A stretch of 64,000 bases of DNA, taken from Cyanophora paradoxa CCMP329 (taxonomy: Eukaryota > Plantae > Glaucophyta). The notes under the pieces were generated by a model. It ran no database searches. It had not been told where the DNA came from and was given only the letters and a program-made list of their open reading frames with translations. Positions 62,401-64,000 of the stretch are shown one piece after another. The translations under genes were made by a program, and so were the position numbers. Where the stretch lies: assembly GCA_004431415.1 (NCBI GenBank), contig QPMI01000553.1:186001-250000 (forward strand), read 5' to 3'. Numbering within the stretch: the first letter of the stretch is position 1; each line of letters begins with the position of its first letter.

Positions 62401-64000
62401 GCGATGCCGGAGCTCGGGTTGCTCGGCAGCGAGGCCGCGAGCGGAGCCGAGGCGGGGCCCGCGATGCCGTTGCTGTCGAACGGCACCACCTGCAGGGCCG
62501 AGGCGCCGCCGTTGGTCGGCAGGCCCGGGACGGGGACGGAGGTCTGGTTGCCGGCGACCGAGGCCACAGGCTTGCCGTCCTTGAGGACGGTGAACGAGGC
62601 GGGCGAGCCCGAGGCAGGGCGCTTCCACGAGAGGGTTGCGGAGCCGGGGCCACTGCCGTTGAAGCTGCTGAGGGCGAGGCTGGACGGGGCGAGCGGGCTC
62701 GGGGCGGGCGCGTCGACGCCAGAGCCGGCGATGCCCGCGCCGGGGCCGGACGAGGGACCGTACGGAGAAGACGGATCGAAGGGCGCGCCGGCGCCAGTGC
62801 CGTCATACGGACCAGGAGCTGGGCCGGAGCTGGAAATGGGGTCGTTGGAAGGGCCGAAGTTGCCGTACCGATCAACCGGTACAACCTGGTAGACGATGCC
62901 GGGCTCGCTGCTCCTGGGCGAAACGTCGAACGAGGTTTGGTTGGCCGGGACGCTGCCGAGGACCTTGCCATTGCCGACAACCACGTAGCTTGCAGGGCGT
63001 CCCGCACGCGGCGGGCTCCACGAGAGGCGGCCCGACGAGCCGAAGAGGCCCGGCGAGCTCGTCAGCTGCAGGTTTGACGGCGCCATGTCCGCGGGGCTCG
63101 CGGGGCCCGCGCCGGAACCAGTGGCATACGAAGTGAGAGGCACGCTGTTGCTTGCCTGCCCGATGGGGGCCCCGCTGGCTGACAGTGGCATAATCGAGAA
63201 CAGTGAGTCCCCAGCCGCCGAGGGCGGGAGGCGCTTGAGAGTGAATGCATTCACGCCCGTCGGAGACGGCGCTGCTGTGGCGACCTTGACCCCGTCCTTC
63301 AGCACTGCAAAGCTGCAGCACGAACGGCGTCAACAATGGAATTTCTCTGTAAAACGAAAATGAGACGCGTGATCACCTCGCAAGGCTGCCCGCTCCAGAA
63401 CCGAGGACCGATGACGGGGTAGTCCATGACAGAACGGCATCCGGGTTCGTCTCAGGGCCCGACATGGTCGAAGTGAGGGCGATGCCATTCAGAGGGTCGC
63501 TGGGCAGGGTGGCGGCAAGCGGCGACGAGGCCGGGCCCGCGACGCCGTTGCTGTCGAACGGCACCACCTGCAGGGTAGTAGCACCACCAGTGTTCGGCAA
63601 GCCCGAGACAGGAATGGAGGTCTGGTTGCCGGGCACGCTTCCAATGGGCACTCCGCCCTTGAGGACGGTGTACGCCGATGGGGCCCCCTTCGCCGGCCGG
63701 GTCCACGAGAGGGTGGCGGAGCCGGGGCCGCTGCCGTTGAAGCTGCTGAGGGCGAGGTTCGACGGGGCGAGCGGGTTCGGGGGCTGTGCGCTGAGGCCAG
63801 AGCCGGCGATGCCCGCGCCGGGTGCAAGCGATGTGCTCGAAGGGCCGTACGGTGTTGCCCACGCACCAGGCGCATCACGGCCGCCGACAGCCGGCATCGA
63901 CGCAGGGCCGGTGGAGCCGAGGCGGTCGATCGGGAGCACTTGGTAGACGCTGCCGGGCTTCGCAGACACCTCGTACGCTGTTTGGTTGGCGGGGACGGTG
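5429..64000 (-). CDS. Giant host gene of tandem fibronectin type III-like, Ser/Pro/Gly-rich domains; interrupted by two mobile elements; 5' end outside the window
   Basis: Recurring FN3-like pattern (APSNLQLT..LSWxxP..Y.V..DG..V.TV....YQV.PV..G), three domains per unit. 3' exons can be joined through GT-AG introns at 6452-6526, 6264-6373, 5763-5831 and about 5579-5646, ending ...PCSSICLPCKLAAMLGK-stop at 5429. Confidence 0.8.
7025..7340 (+). repeat. Split direct repeat A1 (316 bp)
   Basis: Matches 17239-17554 from TCGGGATTTGCG to GCGAAATCGC. Confidence 0.92.
7955..9600 (+). repeat. Tandem array of about five ~316-bp units inside the retrotransposon
   Basis: Anchor TTCGACCAGG at 8100, 8417, 8732, 9051 and 9365. 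There are two unit subtypes. Confidence 0.9.
9710..10942 (+). CDS. Retrotransposon accessory ORF of unknown function (frameshifted)
   Basis: Protein-like segments switch between frames (RAWVYWRDLP..; AFLAVLVPVYVIRVIG..; LELFEFHTLAYPLGVPLVF..). No domain recognised. Confidence 0.45.
   Translation: MRTARAPAQRPRHGSTATSSPLDLRSGPPSASPRFVLRRAAGQHLLADELLDESPPFTKAGMRAWVYWRDLPRRSRFLACSKFLRLTGYFPPFPFAGSRTVPRLAVRRTGRPPPAGGSHPAPVLRRPRVRHLARLPCRARAGLRDPRHRPAARVDLRRDPLQGRLLGPRSHRRQPRRPGRHSGGVGTLHSRLGDVPTVLHALRAFGITGARQLELFEFHTLAYPLGVPLVFPATSFDDDAAWRYADAARCFSYPAGSPRTHSVTHELLPWEFAAGLAGAGMIHAWLHDSVRPLSIPRRSGLTALQEKQKFSKTFGTGLQPWFRDFVRAFTGQEQGAASGIAELRTALRNDYAAALGLCPGPSRAAPSRSWPASLRPLDPPDCEVRLTYPRFGAPPPAASHSGVDSMGPAR
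10990..13330 (+). CDS. gag-like ORF of the YR retrotransposon (frameshifted, boundaries approximate)
   Basis: Low-complexity Pro/Ala/acidic/Ser N-part, a helical-looking core (NFGLFCIRETIEFCWGL..) and a basic C-tail (RKKGRKKKPSK). Lies directly upstream of RT. Confidence 0.5.
13530..15420 (+). CDS. Reverse transcriptase + RNase H (DIRS-type), frameshifted
   Basis: RT: KFRLCLD, KFDLKKGYYHI, ALCFG, YIDD, EYLGIVID. RNase H: LFTDAS, NERELRAI, IRCDN, HLPGEANVFADRGSR. Confidence 0.92.
15422..16456 (+). CDS. Tyrosine recombinase
   Basis: LRGAEL, RSKTDQ, CPV, HSLRRGGAT, GRW, and the catalytic Tyr (GYI) after a 1-nt frameshift near 16392. Confidence 0.92.
16688..17238 (+). repeat. Split direct repeat B1 (~551 bp)
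   Basis: Near-identical to 18202-18752. Confidence 0.92.
17239..17554 (+). repeat. Split direct repeat A2
   Basis: Copy of 7025-7340. Confidence 0.92.
18202..18752 (+). repeat. Split direct repeat B2
   Basis: Copy of 16688-17238, ending at the host junction. Confidence 0.92.
18753..26020 (-). repeat. Host FN3 tandem array, left block (about 7 units of ~1.07 or ~1.21 kb)
   Basis: Anchor GCCGATCACCATGTAG recurs near 18760, 19838, 21052, 22120, 23331, 24404 and 25505. Confidence 0.93.
26021..26093. repeat. Left terminal hairpin (28-bp perfect arms, 17-nt loop)
   Basis: ACACATATGAATATTCATATTTTAATCC-N17-GGATTAAAATATGAATATTCATATGTGT. Confidence 0.95.
26021..26849 (+). repeat. Left terminal inverted repeat
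   Basis: Reverse complement of 53746-54575 with only a few differences. Confidence 0.95.
27082..27480 (-). CDS. Pyruvoyl-dependent S-adenosylmethionine decarboxylase-like proenzyme (SpeD/SpeH class)
   Basis: GFALVLLLDESHCTAHCY..GMLAIDIFSCG matches the E-S self-cleavage motif ESH and the DxFxCG motif; 132 aa. Confidence 0.85.
   Translation of the reverse strand: METKYRGFHVMLDYKAKTAIATGYEHVSFLGNWIMRTLEQAVLRQGIRIVHKHCEIFDGKLSPPGFALVLLLDESHCTAHCYSNEGMLAIDIFSCGKEAQHKTQAVADEIDKTMNFLTFEKTERHKHDRFPF
27510..27782 (-). CDS. Small zinc-ribbon protein (single HGxKxDYS..CxxC..HxxGxGCxxC repeat, DUF723-like)
   Basis: Same repeat as in 40328-41269. Confidence 0.7.
   Translation of the reverse strand: MDSKTKKFIDAAMTVHGKDKFDYSETHYIKAQEKVSVRCLQCNKVILTYPFNHVKGSGCRECNKKHSQAYRKRATSSIKVEYRDICIRFD
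27805..28638 (-). CDS. Putative fibre/structural protein, paralogue 1
   Basis: Shared N-terminal block ELRCDKNNG.VKTT.L..TNANF...SGGAYIGDG. Confidence 0.65.
   Translation of the reverse strand: MAEQPPLERIITPQLSLAAPANHVLQHATFDDVEGLQSTEVQPTMNTFGSTHKLRLQELRCDKNNGIVKTTKLLVTNANFSAHYGDPDSYGDPLSTYSFESRSGAINCKSGGAYIGDGLRVGGAVGAPLFVNDQPNPIDPNTRIRTYVPSMNAPYIIKIFPIVVNEQTAVVDSLVEIGDHYKVVVDIPPDVYAVCQVEGGTPNFAVVITPYDNFGIAYHGVNFGLEDYQFLVRATKFGIYKCVLYAERTDFIARQNTYAEYYGTNRYFPIFGQDTAP
28662..29555 (-). CDS. Putative fibre/structural protein, paralogue 2 (probable start at MGEYNR)
   Basis: ELRADKNSGVVKTTRLLVTNANF...SGGAFIGGG; C-terminus resembles paralogue 1. Confidence 0.65.
   Translation of the reverse strand: MNIIFLSFLVKEAMGEYNRVQLPIYSLGSPAMHFRQHEVNDEVRGLESTERPNSNGNSFDKNSIIRVKELRADKNSGVVKTTRLLVTNANFFQPTNGGPDAYSVDLKALDYDKNTAAVTVRSGGAFIGGGCRVSGQLSSSVSYNDVPDTLEQNVENPQRIRFYTPVAQQPFLHFYVASSVTLENSELVSITGTDRVRRNIPLPTAMLSMCRANNNQPGHNYLFFVQASNHFGRGYCVYNNLTFTYDLFVTEVGVYNTMIMGLRTDIAAVSALRGVNVADIFTTGFYQELDVIDDPTP
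29552..29818 (-). CDS. 88-aa protein, possible fibre-associated chaperone
   Basis: Clean ORF MSNIYQVVLSDTEK..QDWIDNVVHNRARIAIDDIV.. directly downstream of a C1q fibre gene. Confidence 0.55.
   Translation of the reverse strand: MSNIYQVVLSDTEKLGMEFCAASVQDWIDNVVHNRARIAIDDIVQKEIQSCIASGIQIPTSKEAIVLQAFQRGTVKKGIEYNYVTEEQ
29841..30861 (-). CDS. Fibre paralogue 3 with C-terminal C1q-like head (two 1-nt frameshifts in G runs)
   Basis: Adding one G near 30685 and one near 30140 gives a continuous frame RCDRNGGKIRTTG...FNVSNGRFTAPVAGHYRF...TFTGELLSVT-stop, collinear with paralogue 4. Confidence 0.75.
30884..31954 (-). CDS. Fibre paralogue 4 with C-terminal C1q-like head
   Basis: EIRCDRNGGKIRTTG...SGGAYIGDG; C1q motifs FTAPVSGVYRVFF, IYLNG, GDSFDIR, FSCYLV. 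Confidence 0.75.
   Translation of the reverse strand: MTSLLEIPNYELAAKSLHSTSHGVVDSTPGYICTETSSNTSFTENNILRVKEIRCDRNGGKIRTTGIIISNKNQVQAGQVVPDSAVYDNVGGFTTAKIVTFDNTINNSALVVKSGGAYIGDGANVAGTVTANQLNVNGTSSFTGLMTFNGGLLGNVSVETRKATTRVNAPEMDNGTDANVNYKRNGNTIFTLEKTITDLKAITIPENSGLKRSYCPRMNISRQAPGLTGSIILTAGTPFNFINGAYLVNNEGNFSSTKFTAPVSGVYRVFFACMRAGTTSYTHIATSIYLNGNPTTIQTRVSMPSAGISNTFVTPISYEILLSVIEGDSFDIRNSSGASLQFDIRYYFSCYLVTAT
31974..35234 (-). CDS. 1086-aa fibre-like protein with acidic repeats, HxH repeats and a C-terminal H-type-lectin-like domain
   Basis: EEYLPDGxDP repeats; HTHTKAEITDF repeats like those of phage tail fibres; YLPLTGGTIDG; INFNSSFANPPIV...IHYIAV C-terminus. Confidence 0.75.
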   Translation of the reverse strand: MSFNYPPNLETIQDDNASSTKHVNFDNIKVKGSVSIDHSSDNSSKTQSREHALSVNQTDPDKEEVSVAFSLGNVKANQVAEIKATRRRPRKLKTSGTHPDIPSRFDSGRLIFNVQDEQGKQNTALRIYNEGSTPKAEVPQVLQVGPIANTNQVSYTNDVYPKDITYDFARNEPFGFFTPKDVHQKKPSITINSSPSQPVAIHLHPDLVEMDRHLLPLYSNVKDLGIRTRQWRNIHGSNVYANGEKLVSEKTLREIIEHYGPNGPTVPFPIPFPNGPPDLTPKKQPGREYTATEDVAFGQHIVSWEQVRNKPIIEPKKQIDEQYLPPEIDILELDEYQFVPDEEEYLPDGFDPQEYEYDQFDPNEEEILPDGLDPQEFEYEQNYEPDEEYLPDGHDPPVVDYEQPYEPHEELLPDGFRPEIWEFFPDYEQINNKPAKYPPEDHNHDWDEILGKPQKYPPEDHRHDWGEIDGIPTEFPPSKHEHIWDEINDQPEFAKVEPLDNLGVSLYQTCNIPERIFLNEHYVHVNGTLANSAMRGPLHIRTLPGSFETPPPPGATIPNIFVSSYMEADIPTDTFRVPTDPATYQNYNSAIQVHVADVSSLDGSRPMIVFSRDKYSYIPIVGTANDNYGRAELAWIKTDYGGVLEANQRMAAKNIHNESISRVVTEDYLQAQNYIDETELNTIIAGIGIGVTGNYLPLTGGTIDGTVTACNFFVHTESNQTFPVVHPGGEYEIPDDPAIMPIKIDLPSDYVGRGELKTISFTGDYNDLINKPTAANLHPVAFSGSFLDLNNRSHTHTKAEITDFAHTHTKSQITDFAHFHTRADITNFAHTHVKSEILDLGNVAYVGHTHTKAEITDLGNVAYVGHTHTKAEITDFAHTHDWNTDIYNKPAIFSGNYNDLTNRPTLDPFTATTIRANNTMYVGSGQIVEPAGPMFEETWFFHNSQNYFDKTLLVRGNAYARNFYAMNPSNNATISRCITEADLSSQLNAYFNGKIQAGTYVYTTPYLWANPDHRFNLTINFNSSFANPPIVTTGIQHNETAYYYRMYVRLKQVYSSYFTCELDIVPLSSFDRPGFPVTIHYIAVAI
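35278..36834 (+). CDS. Patatin-like phospholipase fused to a discoidin (F5/8 type C) domain
   Basis: GGGARG, GTSTG, SAAPTYF, DGA; C-terminal FTASSS, YLQV, STDGINW, YIRIYP, MRVDF. Confidence 0.88.
   Translation: MPLKVALALSGGGARGIIITRLLKEIENRTGRRIIDLVDLVSGTSTGGIIAIGLNIRHPDKPGEPKLTANDLHNIYLTQLPLIFANPRNIIENALFNTKYDVGPLETAINSVTGESLIQDSLKDIVITSFDTQNMKPIFITNDNNYNFMPCKIAARATSAAPTYFSPVSIVDFNRGVYVCLIDGAISGNNNPSVCGYSHAKKIYSDDDDIIVISISCGEVDPHLESDYVGYAYETVNSWGILSWIASTDGSPLINMLMAASELSALDKMEELLPYNYDQDYGRYYRLSVPLPNHIVSSLDDTSKIPDMLSFTETYIAANNDMINKLCSLLVANYELKNPTKAYISSTLTTSPPLDANWYQLADDAFTASSSVTGKEPFMARPSAFGWEAGAYAPEQIWETPTEYLQVAFPYTFELSSVIAYGSGDTNAFIKTFNVATSTDGINWSFIRSDGQNKIYVCENINNAHNSGDVALLSGFPLSIKDAFYIGFSLRIKYIRIYPLVYVNAPTMRVDFTGAFIR
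36824..37756 (-). CDS. Minor capsid (penton-like) protein 1
   Basis: IDSRDR...IPNSIYN...LTVEFKDYFGELIDMNG..SFQLEF pattern typical of single jelly-roll minor capsid proteins. Confidence 0.72.
   Translation of the reverse strand: MNRLVNIDSRDRSQGQNENSYRVTLTTPVERPRECRVLYAEIPNSIYNSVGTDHLTVQFNYQDGSYNQVITQQVYPLPSGYINQGHFGVTHPYNYGLNYSSFQTIAGKTVAFEFKIFYNPTTYKVEFYSNHEFRFIASNKRIGKLLGVSSTEYTTGYYSTPPVGGSPYRPENLLKYDGKPITPDHPAWGITFSGPRLSSKPLQYYFDSRKMSDMNAEQYLYMHIKELAPFASRHNIIPKSQPHNQGAILRLQLSKDIGGYVYHSGEHAEFIQINDRNLVIRELTVEFKDYFGELIDMNGIDNSFQLEFIE
37786..38796 (+). CDS. Minor capsid (penton-like) protein 2
   Basis: SFVARLP..NVRAVRLVSAEFYNS...LFVRVKEL...VDIVNAVNEPIDFEG..LTFEI; paralogous pattern to protein 1. 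Confidence 0.65.
   Translation: MPVDYIEVSSFNTISGDGPTSSFVARLPSTYENVRAVRLVSAEFYNSIPMVSGETKAGDVTVDNTFSIYYSEQTPGAGSSGIPTTRPAADFEQWKQFMVNRETPIQSHQQLVNVINSKFIGRTPQPSIRCKWDESLKRIIFHSAVPFYLAFSLAVNPSQQTIQKLLSSARLLGLDPGRYGNSPIKSQVYDALTDGIFTDGRVNGIISSFEPEKTRDSVLFVRVKELGDLVQCGDGLLTGYFHKIVVPDKDYGEHVVYNSTEAHPLYKYYNKKVGLSTFSVDIVNAVNEPIDFEGQPVHLTFEIRYGDEPAGDPVYEYFKMRMSQLHPSYPVITSFA
38822..40216 (+). CDS. Probable double jelly-roll major capsid protein (true start possibly ATG 38850, with a homopolymer indel near 38902)
   Basis: About 455 aa, beta-rich; ISFKLPR..LELAFDLP..LVQRLEITYG..VEIPVPW..YLPLGAL..VTVWF. Located between the penton-like genes and the ATPase. Confidence 0.72.
   Translation: MLQYNKREYHGYHFHSSKTFAERSPNNPEEAKAFFLDNSLMLGLESKSKPVLVVVNPSNTFENNVGNRISFKLPRYNFCGKLELAFDLPAITFGGEDLVRNGYTRPVGALVQRLEITYGSYTYHIPSDFLAHFPLVYYSEDQLAKKKRSMGMVHGIPAHGTNRLGGSFFVEIPVPWLNHYLPLGALSGEMVVTVWFKDADKGYVETSYGGRSLPVVGGTAADKTEDDGLGDTANATLAHVGQNITTFSLGATTPGITITSPRLYMHAVNVSDELFATVIEKVKTTGMAIPALDIGFVDASAFPAKGNAQPNRINLSQISGLVYALLVSVRDNATVDKANGSHSVLKTYANSKEITFTTEINGQRLFATEPISLLKGAELIADAFKCSNMDKVADRYVLSGLPFCLDGEKAIRNIAQSGYVDLTNSSSSFLTLYMPSDKVIDVNVRALMHSFIIVDKDGLRRINL
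40328..41269 (+). CDS. Zinc-ribbon repeat protein with C-terminal VSR/DUF559-like PD-(D/E)xK endonuclease
   Basis: Three xGDKxxY..CxxC..HLxGxGCxxC repeats; LPFDFY..AIEYDGKQHF..KTRYC..LLRIPY. Confidence 0.82.
   Translation: MLPLTTSDFIERSKGKYGDKFGYEKTEYKNAKTVLTVTCNTCQKDFTSYPHHHLKGNGGCKSCKSDLYHNLFVKPVEKFIEEAQVIHGDKYDYSQVKQNYKNAKVKVAITCKGCGNVFQQEPYSHLRGRGCRKCGHQEKGAKLRSNTLEFISKAKSIHGDKYDYSQVEYKNKFSIVKLKCNICLNEFQQEARVHLMGSGCIACKASKGENAIASILNNIGLEYEREYSFKDCKALRVLPFDFYMPALKIAIEYDGKQHFEPVEYFGGEQDFEKRKLKDAIKTRYCEANNILLLRIPYTETDIEGCIKQFLSNL
41330..42112 (+). CDS. A32-like (FtsK-HerA) genome-packaging ATPase
   Basis: Walker A GKSATGKS, Walker B VVLDD, GRHxxISIICITQ. Confidence 0.9.
   Translation: MNDLDEFVAGEMIEPPFRVLAIGKSATGKSEAVKYWLKQLHDAKKIDVVLVVSGTSFNHFWDKVATLQLGKWDAPYIAKLLDERQEKIEKGEPVNQLCVVLDDLIDNEIVDLTRDKIIGSLYSRGRHSKISIICITQKLRKVSSTIRVNSDYAMFLSAANRKELEAIEEEYNIMRNKEDFYKMFEEYVHSYQYIIWSSANYSVKYYVDKAELVKDFPFPRFHRKPKKKEDELKPPEKEEAPKEVKSQVHSNKLMRYKRGL
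42141..42875 (+). CDS. Hypothetical viral protein (charged, coiled-coil)
   Basis: 244-aa ORF with AT-rich upstream context. Confidence 0.7.
   Translation: MPPKRKIGIPAGAVGYSGGGNNGSINTEPLKFNGMNEVKPSQQEEDPLNAAYEESVDDKAPQASTSDQLNISPEASKMKAVAEGARRIIGAADDKGLGLQDLSLARKGEGLSKESDKVIQSMAGEVTYKTAPTQNIHRIPKAQWDEMTAKLKDLEAKSSALEQYVTEKKERAKLKEMLRKEVYKMGITGVPDKQFIAKKENQIDEQAVDEMKTKTQKGTIEPGATKAEVEKGVAPTVYKRRVWL
42898..43170 (+). CDS. Hypothetical small viral protein
   Basis: 90-aa ORF packed in tandem with its neighbours. Confidence 0.5.
   Translation: MDIIRKFIEMLSLHVVSNCHSGCCDTTIEFEMSDNEDNASEARERRRSTVSVESMPADPTEYTYEQQEYPRRSSLPAENVFSANINGGYN
43154..43399 (+). CDS. Small basic protein, possibly DNA-binding (RGRP motif)
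   Basis: KQKRYREDPAYREYKKQQALASYYRRK..RPRGRP; paralogous to 43552-43956. Confidence 0.55.
   Translation: MEDTISLIEFTSDEPLTEGAIRHILAKQKRYREDPAYREYKKQQALASYYRRKAQKEEQRPRGRPIKYYLPTDSSNGPTGL
43552..43956 (+). CDS. Small basic protein, paralogue of 43154-43399
   Basis: RHQRKYRENEEYREQKKAKALEYYHKKK. Confidence 0.6.
   Translation: MPNIRKILTDDEKAEKLRLKREQDAQRKREAYHKKKEERLSQGAATVHTPEELKKIALRHQRKYRENEEYREQKKAKALEYYHKKKTNYPRHPKSINRLEDLGNISKNKFSIETNFVEIDLIGGKKMTAFFPLF
44096..47564 (+). pseudogene. AEP primase - PriCT - SF3/D5-like helicase fusion, interrupted by an insertion
   Basis: N-part has YLDLD, SAHFII and YDSGVY; C-part has WIDVG..F..FS, GEQGTGKN, VVNEA, FTSNN and GDRRF. Removing the insert plus one TSD copy restores ..VDESNISAFANYTPE.. 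(864 aa). Confidence 0.88.
44790..45647. mobile_element. 858-bp non-autonomous insertion with 16-bp target-site duplication
   Basis: AATATTTCTGCATTTG at 44774-44789 and 45648-45663; host-like GC-rich composition; no credible ORF. Confidence 0.88.
47808..48158 (+). CDS. GIY-YIG endonuclease
   Basis: GSIYMI..KVYIGRT..KRWRQH..REAYY..VN. Confidence 0.82.
   Translation: MAGTDHDSGSIYMIESQEMNKVYIGRTSQPLQKRWRQHKSGQMPSTADLCKASDVKFSVLYSSKKGGHEDLMNREAYYMYLFEPWIVNLQKPKSRFRINRFLRFHSEEASGSIKTF
48219..51464 (+). CDS. Polinton-type family B DNA polymerase with N-terminal Cys/His domain, zinc finger and endonuclease VII-like insertion
   Basis: Motif A DANNLYG, motif B KLMNNSIYGK, motif C HDTDS, GLRAKVY; CYLC..RDHDHHTG..CRNCN insertion; NIDDSCF..GHY. 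Confidence 0.93.
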   Translation: MPRITNKLIREKKWELMGLLGTLYAAHEITEAEYDREIDLIAKGRPTLSRLTRKANNLYDKIETLDELDRLRQIEPDAEDGTAMNELYRWLTYRARREVVVDVIEFLDRIATSLPNRLKQGLDQFRAIKVRLSFICKFVKVSNPQVWISKYIYSDYFVLTRSRNIRTELNKAAQMCQEQMNVVDSYRLERIEILRVAIMSYAPTGGCFLQTPEWIARKRATVNIRNIDDSCFENAILASIYRKSINSHKRNELSQYRKWKYSAIAYNPLALNFDNIPFPVACDAEIIDKFEAQNAGISINIFGIDGEVVYPLHQSSYPGRKHKVNLMLIFDDEGNGHYITIMSLSRLLKVNHETYNDQKLHYCDTCLSRFRSEAKLTAHVDSNRCIDWRLSKGITPKPETTIEFGLKNLRKTVWLPVVVYCKIEHRSIPIDASKSKREVSAVNLRVVTGADVQEFRFEGQDPMGGLFECLESKARELIDFLFTNIPMNELTDEQKAIYRATKHCYLCSERFTKENFKCRDHDHHTGHYIAPACRNCNLHRRISKQTKVAVVVDQMDDCGTFIFRKIAGMGDKKRIEILSKNFDQYLSLQWGLYKFIDASNFMDFGAADVDELMNKFQAFRRLSHSVYGLDPVHYVSAPGLSWDAMLRTTEAKIELISDVEQYEFVERGIRGGFATMPCRYAEADGENSHIMLFDANNLYGYCLSQPIPVGDFRWETEFNPQDNRSSFLEVDLEYPIRLYLDHSDFPLIINKKIVEYAELSQYQKSLLDLSGEELDKTPKLTATFGSVANYVISEPLLQYLLDKGVKLKKIHRVLSFTVAPVMKPYIELNTEMRRKAVNKFEADFYKLMNNSIYGKCIESCRGRSVVKIANSEKLFMKYAASPLVKSTSPINEKAVAFEFYTKHVKLDKPVAIGAYVLDAAKLHNYQFFYDTVRSQWTKAKLLFHDTDSFCLYIESKTLQKDIENISYALDLGGSNRMTPGKYKNEMPGSAILEYVGLRAKVYSFRTAEIERSKLSGTSTEELQFNDFKQCLFAGISKTVTAKQKRRADHTIIDTVSRRVALNCFDAKRYILPDGINSVPFN
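51468..52853 (+). CDS. Retroviral-type (rve) DDE integrase
   Basis: IDLL, SDAGSEF, IEAFN, YNNTVHSATKMKP, and a FAKQGNNWS C-domain; consistent with the 6-bp TSD. Confidence 0.93.
   Translation: MPATGRIVRRTTEQLQGNLLPITVPKEEKGESRIVKKSEMKELVPVEIPVAIAVKETSKIAKRFYDVRTGYKGLQAMRAELPDESYKQLQEFYKKQEVVQINAPAISRKRDPMVPIRQPLDTYVIDLLFFPAYKKQNNGYDTFMTAMESTLRTGYIIPIRDKSALTTLAAFKQLEMRVARPIVKVQSDAGSEFQNRIFQEYLSSKFIEHQVSGTADHRSQGRIEAFNKQIKRLITNYCIANNTARFFDVLGDIEYNYNNTVHSATKMKPGETTEEHYRYIVGLEDERFKKSIAYLDTMQPGMFVRVKVEKNAFAKQGNNWSRMVYTVDSREGFKFKLRSPTGEIIENRFAFHELLPVNSVEYLETPTVDALEQAKEEAKVDAAIRREGIEAANEVPDKPLIEARKEKTGKVNRELKKLTIAGTQKLSEVNSQRWYNDFQTTKESYTAPKPQRTLRERTKTS
53080..53152 (+). ncRNA. Degenerate tRNA-like sequence with Pol III A and B boxes
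   Basis: TGGCTCAGAG (53087) and GGTTCAAATCC (53131) at tRNA spacing; the stems are poorly paired. Confidence 0.4.
53746..54575 (-). repeat. Right terminal inverted repeat (hairpin at 54503-54575)
   Basis: Reverse complement of the left TIR. Confidence 0.95.
54576..64000 (-). repeat. Host FN3 tandem array, right block (about 9 units, diverging toward 64000)
   Basis: Same unit as 18753-26020; units beyond ~60600 show many synonymous differences and some carry different introns. Confidence 0.93.
60101..60174 (-). other. Representative 74-nt phase-2 spliceosomal intron present in each FN3 unit
   Basis: GTGCGG...GCTGAC...GGCAG; splicing gives GLGNVPS|FGVLQDG and explains the frame change in each unit. 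Confidence 0.85.

Noticed and set aside
1-64000. Naming the host species or calling the element a mavirus-type virophage
   Set aside because: No diagnostic marker in the window. No maturation protease was seen and the MCP candidate is short, so a phylogeny is needed.

Overview
GC-rich, intron-containing eukaryotic (probably protist/algal) DNA with nested mobile elements. Host genes: a multi-exon ankyrin-repeat gene (+, ~290-4263) and a very large minus-strand gene of tandem FN3-like domains (stop at 5429, continuing past 64000). The FN3 gene is built from ~1.07-1.22 kb units that each carry a duplicated intron. Two elements interrupt its exons. (1) An 11.7 kb tyrosine-recombinase retrotransposon (7025-18752; RT, RNase H, YR; split direct repeats A1...B1-A2-spacer-B2; no TSD). 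(2) A complete 28.6 kb AT-rich endogenous Polinton-like virus (26021-54575; 6-bp TSD CCCGCC; ~830-bp TIRs). The virus encodes PolB, rve integrase, AEP primase-SF3 helicase, packaging ATPase, a likely double jelly-roll MCP, two penton-like proteins, a fibre gene cluster, a patatin-discoidin fusion, a pyruvoyl decarboxylase and two endonucleases. Its primase-helicase gene is split by an 858-bp insert with a 16-bp TSD. The most unusual part is the viral replication system: 73-nt terminal hairpins with nested palindromes, iteron-like subterminal repeats, an internal copy of a TIR motif right after the helicase gene, and a PolB with intact polymerase motifs but an apparently destroyed proofreading exonuclease. 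Many frameshifts fall in G/C homopolymers and probably reflect sequencing error. All protein calls are from motif recognition by eye; no searches were run.
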